A DNA stretch of 64,000 nucleotides from Acidimicrobiia bacterium (lineage in GTDB: Bacteria; Actinomycetota; Acidimicrobiia; Spongiisociales; ZC4RG35), in contig CBDBCY010000004.1 in the NCBI GenBank assembly GCA_965203555.1, positions 2,912,001 to 2,976,000 on the forward strand. Direction: 5' to 3'. The notes beneath the pieces are model-generated. The model saw nothing but the letters and a program-made list of their open reading frames with translations, searched no databases and was not told the DNA's origin. A program made the position numbers and the translations under genes. Within the stretch, counting starts at the first letter, position 1; each line of letters starts with the position of its first letter. Positions 1-7,838 of the stretch are shown piece by piece.

Positions 1-606
1 TTCGGCACCTCTGGTTCGTTCTCGCTGGGGATCTCCTCGGGTACCGGGCCATGGGCCTTCGGTTACCTGACCGTAGGTGATTCGGTGGACGAGGCAAATG
101 GCTCGGTCAACATGACCTTGAGGTCGGGAACCCGGTACTCGGTGGGTTCACCCTGGTCGGCGAGAGTGGTCATATACGACGACGATTCGGCCGCGACCGG
201 TGACGACGATGACGACGATGACGACGGTAACGATGAGGACGACGGTGGTAGTCGCTCCGGTGGCGGTAATGATGACGACGATGACGAGGATGCTGCCGAC
301 CTCCTGCCTAGCGCCAGGGCCGGCAACCGGAATAGCGGCAGTATCACCGCAGGGTCGCAGTTGTCCTTCTGGGTCGGCTTCTACAAGTGGGAGAACCCTC
401 CGACCAGCATCAGGGTCAAGGTAGAGCGCCCAGGCTATACCACCAAGTACAGGTGGATCTCCCTGAACAGGACCTCGGGGCACTGGAGGTACGGCAACTT
501 CACGGAGAACACCCTTTCATCGAGGACGGGGACGGCTCGCATCACTGTTGTATCAACCAGTAGCTATCACGGCGGGGCCACCAGTACCGTCCGCATAACC
601 AACTAA
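1..606 (+). CDS. 3' end of a surface/secreted protein with a Calx-beta-like segment and Asp/Gly-rich linker (5'-truncated by window)
   Basis: Frame +1 is open from base 1 to TAA at 604-606. DEANGSVNMTL...YSVGSPWSARVVIYDDD resembles the Calx-beta 'DE.dg.v...l......Y.vg....a.v.i.DdD' pattern; a poly-Asp tract follows. Confidence 0.6.
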   Translation, partial: FGTSGSFSLGISSGTGPWAFGYLTVGDSVDEANGSVNMTLRSGTRYSVGSPWSARVVIYDDDSAATGDDDDDDDDGNDEDDGGSRSGGGNDDDDDEDAADLLPSARAGNRNSGSITAGSQLSFWVGFYKWENPPTSIRVKVERPGYTTKYRWISLNRTSGHWRYGNFTENTLSSRTGTARITVVSTSSYHGGATSTVRITN

Positions 607-620
607 GTCTGTGAAACCCT

Positions 621-655
621 GACTCCCCTGCAGTCCTCTTTCTTGCGGGGGAGTC
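621..655 (+). terminator. GC-rich hairpin just after the stop codon, possible terminator
   Basis: GACTCCCC-TGCAG...TTGC-GGGGGAGTC inverted repeat 15 nt after the stop; no strong U-tract. Confidence 0.35.
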
Positions 656-808
656 CCCTTCCCTCCCAAAAGTCCGAAGAAAAACCTGGGAAATCCGCCC
701 TTCGCTGGGCTGACCCTGGGCATATTTGATGACGACCATCGAAATTCCACTCAATACGGCCCTGCGCGTTTTTTTGGGATTGGTGGTCTGGCTGGTGGGT
801 GGTGGGGT

Positions 809-881
809 TCATGTTAGGAGGAGTGCTCGGGCGGCGTAGTTGTGGGGGTTGGTGAAGCCGTGGGCGGTGCGTCGGAGGGTT
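809..881 (-). pseudogene. Detached C-terminal tail of the ISL3 transposase
   Basis: Reads TLRRTAHGFTNPHNYAARALLLT*, which completes the ISL3 motif 'EGxNNxIKxxxRxAxGFxN' begun at ~4660-4636. Confidence 0.85.
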
Positions 882-988
882 TGATGCTCCTATGTTTGTC
901 AAATTGGGGTTTGGGGGGTGGTGTGATGACGATCATCGAAAGTCCCCAGAGTCGATCATCGAAATTCCCCACCCTGGGTTGGGTGGTT

Positions 989-1771
989 TTAGGCTAGCAG
1001 GTCTCCTTTCGGTCGGTGTTTTCGGGCTTGGGCTTGGTAGCTTCTGAGGCGGTAGCTGTCGCCGGTGATGGTGAACACCACGCTTTTGTGGAGCAGTCGG
1101 TCGAGCATGGCGGCGGCGATGGTGTGGTCGGAGAAGATCTCTCCCCACGAGGCGACACCGAGGTTGGTGGTGAGAATGATCGACCCTTTTCCGTACCGTC
1201 TGGAGATGACCTGGAACAGGGTGGCGGCGTCTTCTGCCGGCATGGGCAGATAGCCCAGTTCGTCGATGATCAACACTTTGGGGGTGTTGAAGAACCGCAA
1301 CGTTTGGGCCCATCTTCCTTGTAGGGCGGCTTTGCGGCACCGCGCCGCCAGGTCGGCTGCGGTGGTGTAGTACACCTTGTGTCCGGTGTCTACCGCGGCG
1401 CGGCCCAGGATGACCGCCAGCATGGTTTTGCCCACGCCGGGTGGTCCGATGAACAAAACGTTGGTGGCGTCGGTCAGGTAGGCGCCGGTGGCGAGTTCTC
1501 GTACCATTTTCTCGTCGATGCTGGGTTGGGCGGTGAAGTCGAAGTCTTCCAGTTTCCAGCGGGTGGGGAAGTTGGCCAGTTTGAGACGGGTTTCCCATCG
1601 CCGCTGTTCGGTGGTCTCTACTTCTACTCGAAGTAGACCTTCAAGGAACTCGGTGTGGCTTTCACGGTTGGTTCGTGCCTGTTCGAGGTGGGTGGGGAGC
1701 GCCTCGGCCGCGGCGGGTAGGTTGAGGTAGGCCAGATGGCCTCGTAGTTGTTGGTACACCGATTGGTTCAT
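989..1771 (-). CDS. istB: IS21 helper ATPase IstB
   Basis: LEDFDFTAQPS, Walker A GPPGVGKT, Walker B LIIDELGYLP, AMLDRLLH, GDSYRLR. The start MNQSVY overlaps the istA stop. Confidence 0.95.
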   Translation of the reverse strand: MNQSVYQQLRGHLAYLNLPAAAEALPTHLEQARTNRESHTEFLEGLLRVEVETTEQRRWETRLKLANFPTRWKLEDFDFTAQPSIDEKMVRELATGAYLTDATNVLFIGPPGVGKTMLAVILGRAAVDTGHKVYYTTAADLAARCRKAALQGRWAQTLRFFNTPKVLIIDELGYLPMPAEDAATLFQVISRRYGKGSIILTTNLGVASWGEIFSDHTIAAAMLDRLLHKSVVFTITGDSYRLRSYQAQARKHRPKGDLLA

Positions 1772-3069
1772 CACAGACCCGCTTTTCGGTTTTGTTGGTC
1801 GATGTGCCGCTGGTACACCTCCAGATCGATCACCGTTTCTGTGTACAGGTCTCCGATACCGGCGGCGATAGCCAAAGCCGCGTCCGATGGCGGACGGTTG
1901 GGTTTGGGTTTGCACGGTGGTTTGGTGGTGAACTCGGCCAGGACCACGTTCTCCAAAGCAGCGGTGTGCTCGGGTAGCCGAACCACCCGTCCCATACCGC
2001 GGGGTGCCTGCTGGTGGGTAGCGACCAGCCGGCCACTGGCCGAGAACATGCTGATGGTGGGGTCACCGAGCCTCCAACGGACGGTGACCTGGGTTCCTAT
2101 CACCCCTGGTGGCACCGAGTATCGGTTACCGCGTACCGATACCAGCCCGTTGGATGTCACCCTGCGCTCCAGGATCCCTTCTGCCGGGTAAGGCACCGCA
2201 GGAAGCTCGAGGAGAGGCTCGTTATCGGCCAGCTCGCCCACCGTGCTCTCCCGCCGTGGGCGAAGATCGCCCACGGTCTGGCAGAAGCTGTCCAGGCTGT
2301 GCTGTGCTTCGGCGATGCTGGTCACCGCTGCGGTGCGCCACCACCGCTGAGAGACATAGTGGATGGCCTTTTCCACCACGCCTTTCCGTTGGGGACGGCG
2401 CGGTGGGCACGGATCGACAGCCACCCCGTAGTGTTTGGCTACCCCAACGAACGACGGCTGGATACGACCACTGGCCGCCACCACGGTAGCCATCCGATCC
2501 ACCCTCCACCGCCGCGGGGTACCCTCCAGTCGTCTCAACACCTGGTCGAGACCCTCCACCAAATGGGGTTGGTCCTGGCGGGACGTGATCCACGCCCGAA
2601 ACCGGCCCGAGTGCGACAGCACTCCCACCAGCACATGAGCGGTGGCTCCCCACGGGGCGTCACGTAGTTCCACCCAGTCCCACTGGCACTCCTCACCCGG
2701 TGGATGATCAATAATCGCCGTGGCCCGGCCCCTGGTACCCGCACAGGCGCCACACAACGGCCGCAGGCCCCGAAGACGGACCTTCCGCACAAACGTCACA
2801 TAGCTCTGCTCATAGCCCAAAGCCACCACCTCGTCGAACAGCGCCGACCCCCACACATGCGGATCATCAGACAACCGCTGCCGCACATACGCCTCGAACT
2901 CATCAAACAGATCCGTCTCTGCCCGGGCACGCTCGCCCGGGGCTCGCCCGTCCGACAGATACGCCCGTATCGTTTTCCGGTCTCTTCCCAAATGACGAGC
3001 AATAGCCGAGATCGACCACCCCCGCCTCCTCAAAGCATGAACTTCCACGCACTCCTCCAGTACCAACAT
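1771..3069 (-). CDS. istA: IS21 transposase IstA
   Basis: N-terminal HTH (GWSISAIARHLGRDRKTIRAYL), PGEECQWDW, DRM, PQRKGVVEK DDE core, GNRYSVP C-terminal domain. GGAGAGGAG RBS upstream of ATG 3069. Confidence 0.95.
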   Translation of the reverse strand: MLVLEECVEVHALRRRGWSISAIARHLGRDRKTIRAYLSDGRAPGERARAETDLFDEFEAYVRQRLSDDPHVWGSALFDEVVALGYEQSYVTFVRKVRLRGLRPLCGACAGTRGRATAIIDHPPGEECQWDWVELRDAPWGATAHVLVGVLSHSGRFRAWITSRQDQPHLVEGLDQVLRRLEGTPRRWRVDRMATVVAASGRIQPSFVGVAKHYGVAVDPCPPRRPQRKGVVEKAIHYVSQRWWRTAAVTSIAEAQHSLDSFCQTVGDLRPRRESTVGELADNEPLLELPAVPYPAEGILERRVTSNGLVSVRGNRYSVPPGVIGTQVTVRWRLGDPTISMFSASGRLVATHQQAPRGMGRVVRLPEHTAALENVVLAEFTTKPPCKPKPNRPPSDAALAIAAGIGDLYTETVIDLEVYQRHIDQQNRKAGL

Positions 3070-3171
3070 AAGGGGATAGGGCTCCTCTCCACAGCTAGTG
3101 ACATGACAATCGCCTAGCTTGGAGAGAGCCCTACCCAACAACGGGTATTTGCTCCCAGAGGGTGGGGAATT

Positions 3172-4404
3172 TCAGTGATCGAGACTGGGGAATTTCAGTG
3201 ATCGCCAACAGGTGAGCCAGTGTTGGTATTGGGTGGCGAGTTGGTGGTTGTGGTAGAGGCCTCGTTCGAGTTGTGAGAGGCGGTTTGGGTGGGTTTGGAG
3301 GGCTATGGCGGCGCGAGCCAGAGTTGTTTGGGTTTTTTGGCGTAGGCAGCGTAGATCGCTGCCGTTGGGTGTTTGGTTCGGGTTGGTCAGCAGTCGGTAG
3401 ACCTGGCGGGCGATGTAGCGTTTCAGGCAGCGGATGATCTCTTTGCGGGTTTTGCCTTCGGCTTGTCGCCGTTGGGCGTATTCGATGGTGCGGGGGTCGG
3501 TGCGTAGCCGTACTGTGGCTATACGCCAGAGGGCGTTGTTGGCTTGGCGGTCGCCGCCGCGGTTGAGTCGGTGACGCACTATGCGTCCCGACGACGCTTG
3601 GACGGGGCTTGCGCCGCAGAGAGCGGCGAAAGACGCTTCTGTGCGCATGCGGTGGGGGTTGTCCCCGGCGGTGACCAGCAGCGCGGCGGCGGTTTCGGGG
3701 CCGATCCCACCGGCAGCCAGCAGCGCCGGGTTGGCCCGGGCGCAGAGCTGTTTGATTTCGGTGTCGAGTTGTTGGATCTCCCAGGTAAGTGCTTGGTATC
3801 GGCGGGCCAACAGACGCAACGCTTTCTTGGCATAGGCGATATTGGTCCGGTTCGCGCCGGGACGATAGGCGGCGCAGACCTTCACCCGGGCTTTCGGGGA
3901 AAGGCTCCCGAGTTGGTGTTTGACCTGGTCGGGAGCGGTGACCACCAGAGCGTGCAGCTGGTTGATGGTCTGGGTGCGGGCCTTGGCGGCCGAACGGCGG
4001 ACCACCCGAAGCATCCTGATCGCTTCGACTGGTCCGTCGCCGCTTTTGGGTGTCCCGGTGGCCTGTCCGCTCAAAACAGCCCGGGCCGCGGCCTGAGCGT
4101 CGGTGGCGTCGGTCTTGCCGAACCGGCGGCGCAGTTGACGGTTGGGACGGTTCACTTCCACTACCTCGACACCGATTCTCACCAGGTAGCGGGTCAGGCC
4201 GGCGCCGTAGCTGCCGGTGCCCTCTATTCCGACCTGGGCAACGTTGCCGTGTGACCCCAGCCAGTTGCCCAGTTGTTCATAACCGGCTGTGTCGGTTCCG
4301 AACGATGCCGTGCCCAACACCCGACCGGTGGTATCCACCACCGCCGCCACATGAACATCGCGGTGGGTGTCCACCCCACCGAACACATCAACCCGATCTG
4401 ACAT
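3172..4404 (-). CDS. IS110-family DEDD recombinase with C-terminal HTH extension (last residues replaced by IS21 end sequence)
   Basis: GVDTH, GIEGTGSYG, GKTDATDA (D-E-D-D) and Tnp-domain serine motif ASSGRIVRHRLNRGGDRQAN. The native end ...HWLTTPQTPI* is recoverable at 919-899. GAGGAG RBS before ATG 4404. Confidence 0.93.
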   Translation of the reverse strand: MSDRVDVFGGVDTHRDVHVAAVVDTTGRVLGTASFGTDTAGYEQLGNWLGSHGNVAQVGIEGTGSYGAGLTRYLVRIGVEVVEVNRPNRQLRRRFGKTDATDAQAAARAVLSGQATGTPKSGDGPVEAIRMLRVVRRSAAKARTQTINQLHALVVTAPDQVKHQLGSLSPKARVKVCAAYRPGANRTNIAYAKKALRLLARRYQALTWEIQQLDTEIKQLCARANPALLAAGGIGPETAAALLVTAGDNPHRMRTEASFAALCGASPVQASSGRIVRHRLNRGGDRQANNALWRIATVRLRTDPRTIEYAQRRQAEGKTRKEIIRCLKRYIARQVYRLLTNPNQTPNGSDLRCLRQKTQTTLARAAIALQTHPNRLSQLERGLYHNHQLATQYQHWLTCWRSLKFPSLDH

Positions 4405-4409
4405 TCGTC

Positions 4410-4625
4410 TCTTCTCCTCATTTAGAATCGGTTCTGTTCTCCCTGACCCGAAAAGGCGGTGGACGGACCACTCAAGTGGCAAGAGCAAGGCTCCTATCAG
4501 GTCACAGCCGCCCTGTCGGGAGAGCGCCGCCCCCAGGCCGGAAGCAGGCCGACAAATCAAACCAAAGGCACAAACAGGCCAGGTTAGGTTGGAGTCAGAC
4601 CCGCCCCGGCCCAGGGGCACCTATA
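4410..4625 (-). ncRNA. Putative IS110 bridge RNA in the left non-coding end (boundaries approximate)
   Basis: In 5'-3' order on the minus strand: CAACCTAA (4591-4584), GGTTTG (4563-4558), ATAGGAGC (4497-4490), TGAGTG (4474-4469). These match left target, right target, left donor and right donor respectively. Confidence 0.75.
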
Positions 4626-4635
4626 AGTATGAGTG

Positions 4636-5755
4636 GATGAGGTTGTTGATGCCTTCCAGGGATCCGTTCGAACGGCGGGCGTGGTGCCAGTTGAGGATTT
4701 CTTTTGACCAGTTGAGGACGGTGGTGACGGTGTGGTAGTACTCGGGTATGTGTCCGGTTTCGTACAGGGTGACGAACCGTTCGAGGGCATCGAGCGCGGT
4801 GGGGAGGTCTTTGGCCTCATAGAGGCCGTAGAGTTGTTGGAGAGCGCACCGAGGCGACCCGCAGACGCGGGTACGCCTCGAATAGGTGTCGGAGACGTTT
4901 TTTCTCTTCGGGGGTGATATTGGCCTTTCTTTTGAGGAGCAGGTACCGGGCGCGGAACAGATCCGGATGCCAGGCGGGTTTGACGCCGGGCGACTGGCGG
5001 CGTTGCAGATCCCGGCGTACCAGGGTCAGTCCTTCGGTGAACCAGCGGGCGGCGTGGAACCGGTCCAGGACATGACAGGCCGAAGGAAGGTAGCGGACGA
5101 TGGCCGCCTGGTAGGAACGGGAACCGTCGGAGACCACGACCTGTACGTTCTGGCGCCAGCGGGGTCCCTGCTCGATGAAGAACCTGCTCAACGCCTGTTT
5201 GGACCGCCCAGGGAACATGGACAGGATCTCGCCGGTGTCGCCGTTGACAACAACGGTTACATAGCGGTGGCGTTTTCGGATCGATGTTTCGTCGATCAGC
5301 AGCACCCGGCACCTTTGGCGACGGCGCCGGGTTCGGATCAAATGGGACCAGTCGGTGACCAGACCCATGATCAGATGCCAACTGATCTGGTGGCGGCGGG
5401 CCACTGCCCGGATGGGCATGGCCTGGGCGTCCTGGACCAGCCGGCGGGCCAGCCGGCGCGTTATACCACCCACAAACTGGGGATGGGTTTCCATGTGCCG
5501 CCTCTCGCACCGGTCGCACACGTACCGTCGCTGCGTCCACAACAACACCGTCAAACGTCCGCTCACTTCCAGGTCGCGGATTCGCCGCTGGCGGCGGTCG
5601 TGCACCCGCCGGCACGACCGGCCACAATGCGGACACTCCGACAGCTTCTTCACCGAGACCACCTCCACCACCAGCTCCCCGACGGTGTCAACCACCACCT
5701 TCGTCACCCGCACACCACGCAGGTGCAACCGGACCGGCATAACATCAGCATTCAT
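4636..5755 (-). pseudogene. ISL3-family transposase, frameshifted (~4850) and interrupted by IS110
   Basis: Zinc finger CPHCG...CDRC, LLIDETS, VVSDGS, LDRFH. After ...AYPRLRVA a different frame continues LQQLYGLYE...WSKEILNWH...SNGSLEGINNLI. Confidence 0.9.
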
Positions 5756-5940
5756 TGAGGCCTCCTGGATAGGCGATTCGCTTACACCACCTATTCCAGC
5801 GAGGCCTCAACCCCTAACCAAGGACCCCCTCCCTAACCCTGCTCCCCACAAATACGCGCAGCCTCCTCAATACTGAAGGGTGCGCGGGTAGGGAGATCGT
5901 GATTGTCGCCCTCCAGCATCTTTACCCAGGCAGGAGAAGA

Positions 5941-7053
5941 TCAGAAACGAGCCGGTTCGGGGCCTGTGTAGCGGGCGCTGGGGCGCAGGAGTTTGCCCTT
6001 CTGGGCTTGTTCGAGCACATGAGCGGACCAGCCGATTGAGCGGCTTACCGCGAAGGTGGGGGTGAACATCTCTCGGGGGAGTCCGGCCATTTCCAGCACC
6101 ACTGAGGCCCAGTATTCGACATTGGTGAGAATCCGCTGGTTGGGTTTCCACTCGGCCAGCACTCCGAGGATCGCTTCCTCTATACCCGCCGCTCGTTCCA
6201 CCAGGTCTCCTCCCAGGCTTTCGGCCGCCGATCGCAACACCACGCCCCGGGGATCTGAGACCCGGTAGACCGCGTGACCAAACCCCATGATCTTTTGCTT
6301 TTCGGCCAAGCGCGCCCGTACCCACTCTGCGGCGCGGTCCGGCGTGCCTATCACATCGATCATGTCCATCACCCGGCTGGGTGCGCCGCCGTGAAGGGGT
6401 CCGCTCAGGGCGCCCAGACCGGCCACCAAGGCGCCGGCCATGTCCGCTCCGGTGCTGGCCACCACCCGGCTGGCAAAGGTGGAGACATTGAACCCGTGGT
6501 CCAAAGTGGTGATCAGGTACTGCTCCACAGCCCGCGCCGATTTATGGCTTGGCGGTCTGCCTGTGTTCATCCTCAGGTAGTCGGCGGCGTGGGACAGGTT
6601 CGGGTCGGGGTCCAATGGCTTCAGACCCGCTCTGCGCCGCTGGTGGCGGGCCAGGATGGTGGGAACCGCGGCCGCCAGTCGGATCGCGTCGTCACGGCGT
6701 TGCTCCGCTGAGCGGTCGAGCAGCGGACCCCGACCCTCCACCGCCGCCACCGCCAGCAGTCCCACCCGAAGAACCGCCATCGAGTCGTTCATGCGGGCGC
6801 TGGCCGAGTCCACCACCCGGGCCGCCTCCTCGGGAATGGCCCGCACCGGTCCCGGATCGATGGCGGGCGCCTCGGGCGGCAGGGCGCCGTTGATCTGAAG
6901 CGCCCACACGTCCTCCAGCGTCCGCGTGCGAGCCAGGTCCACCGCGCTGTACTGGCGGTAGTGAAAGAACCCCTCCTCACCCCGGACTGCTCCCAGTTCG
7001 GTGTCGGACACCACAAGTCCCTTCAAACCCGGGGGCGCGATTTCCATGTTCAT
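5941..7053 (-). CDS. Citrate synthase / 2-methylcitrate synthase family protein
   Basis: PGLKGL, DHGFNVSTF, SGPLHGGA, KIMGFGHAVYRVSDPR, TNVEYW, SRSIGWSAH, LRPSARY. Confidence 0.93.
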   Translation of the reverse strand: MNMEIAPPGLKGLVVSDTELGAVRGEEGFFHYRQYSAVDLARTRTLEDVWALQINGALPPEAPAIDPGPVRAIPEEAARVVDSASARMNDSMAVLRVGLLAVAAVEGRGPLLDRSAEQRRDDAIRLAAAVPTILARHQRRRAGLKPLDPDPNLSHAADYLRMNTGRPPSHKSARAVEQYLITTLDHGFNVSTFASRVVASTGADMAGALVAGLGALSGPLHGGAPSRVMDMIDVIGTPDRAAEWVRARLAEKQKIMGFGHAVYRVSDPRGVVLRSAAESLGGDLVERAAGIEEAILGVLAEWKPNQRILTNVEYWASVVLEMAGLPREMFTPTFAVSRSIGWSAHVLEQAQKGKLLRPSARYTGPEPARF

Positions 7054-7162
7054 CTCCTAATCGAACGGTACGCCGGCCACGTCTCCGGGCATTGCGACGG
7101 AGAGAACCCGGTTGCTCATCGGGCGGTCAACATCACCCTGGGAGCCCCCTTTCAAATGACAG

Positions 7163-7663
7163 GTGTTCATTGTAATCCCTGCGGCACCCGGCAGACTCGC
7201 CGTCTTCAAGTCACGGTGCCCGGGCTATGATCCCCCACTACGCAATCTGCGGAGGTCGATCATCACCGGCACTTCACCGCCACCCGATCCCGGTTCCGAC
7301 TGGACCTCGGCACCGCCTTCAGATGGCTCCTATAGCTTCGAACCGGACATTTCGGTCGCAGCCACCCGGATAGCCCTCACCGGCTTCGGGTCATCGGTAG
7401 GCTTCCTGGCGCTGCTGGCCTTGATTGTGATGCTGGAGGCGGGAGGCCCGGGGGCACCCGGAGTCCTGTACGCGATCTCCCTGGTCGCCCTTCTCCTGGG
7501 ACTGGTCTTGTCCATCGTCGGATTGAGCAAGCGCCACCGGATCAGCAGGGAGCATCACAAGCTGGCCATCGCCGGGCTGGTGATCTCCATGGTGTCGATC
7601 GTGGCTGTGCCCTTTCTCCTGATCGTGGCCTTCGCCATGTTTATGGGAGATTTCTTCACCTGA
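7163..7663 (+). CDS. Hypothetical membrane protein (DUF4190-like, ~3 TM); start uncertain
   Basis: Pro/Ser-rich N-terminus, hydrophobic helices, GLVLSIVGL...KLAIAGLVISMV. Confidence 0.55.
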   Translation: MFIVIPAAPGRLAVFKSRCPGYDPPLRNLRRSIITGTSPPPDPGSDWTSAPPSDGSYSFEPDISVAATRIALTGFGSSVGFLALLALIVMLEAGGPGAPGVLYAISLVALLLGLVLSIVGLSKRHRISREHHKLAIAGLVISMVSIVAVPFLLIVAFAMFMGDFFT

Positions 7664-7838
7664 GGGTGCGGTCCGAATCCGGTCGGCGCTGCCGGCATCG
7701 CTCCAAGCCACCCTGCACATGTTTTTTGTTCCCTTTTCACCGTGCCGTCCCAAGATGGGAACTGACGCACCGCCCTCTTTCATCTACCGGCAAGTCGGGC
7801 GCGGGAACCGCAGTCCCCTGATCCGGCGGTAGTTCGCT

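Larger units (their letters stand above)
924..3210 (-). mobile_element. IS21-family IS (2287 bp)
   Basis: TG...CA termini. 50-bp imperfect IRs, each with two internal repeats (TGATGACGATCATCGAAAGTCCCCAGAGTCGATCATCGAAATTCCCCACC vs TGTTGGCGATCACTGAAATTCCCCAGTCTCGATCACTGAAATTCCCCACC). GGTG direct repeat at 920-923 and 3211-3214; istA-istB pair. Confidence 0.93.
882..4635 (-). mobile_element. IS110-family (bridge recombinase) element, about 1.46 kb without IS21, CA core
   Basis: CA dinucleotide at both junctions (+ strand TG at 882-883 and 4634-4635). Removing the element restores the ISL3 frame ...NNLIQTLRR.... Right end reads TTGACAAACATAGGAGCAT; DEDD recombinase inside; no terminal IRs. Confidence 0.9.
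758..5865 (-). mobile_element. ISL3-family IS (about 1.36 kb without inserts), interrupted by IS110 and IS21
   Basis: Imperfect terminal IRs GGCCCTGCGCGTTTTTTTGGG (from 758) and GAGGCTGCGCGTATTTGTGGG (reverse complement from 5865). 8-bp direct repeat CTCAATAC at 750-757 and 5866-5873. ISL3 transposase inside. Confidence 0.9.

Noticed and set aside
176-291. GAC/GAT repeat tract as a CRISPR or non-coding repeat
   Set aside because: It is in-frame poly-Asp coding sequence with no repeat-spacer periodicity. No CRISPR array or cas gene was seen in the window.
883-886. CATC as a 4-bp core or duplication for the IS110
   Set aside because: CATC occurs near both junctions, but this register leaves the ISL3 frame broken, gives an 18-nt promoter spacer and misaligns the left guides. 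The CA register satisfies all three tests.
4405-4620. N-terminal extension of the IS110 ORF shown in the ORF track
   Set aside because: The DEDD domain and an RBS point to ATG 4404; the upstream region is better explained as the non-coding bridge RNA.
4840-4856. Programmed frameshift in the ISL3 transposase
   Set aside because: No slippery A-run or heptamer at the site, and ISL3 transposases are normally single ORFs; treated as a mutation or sequencing error.
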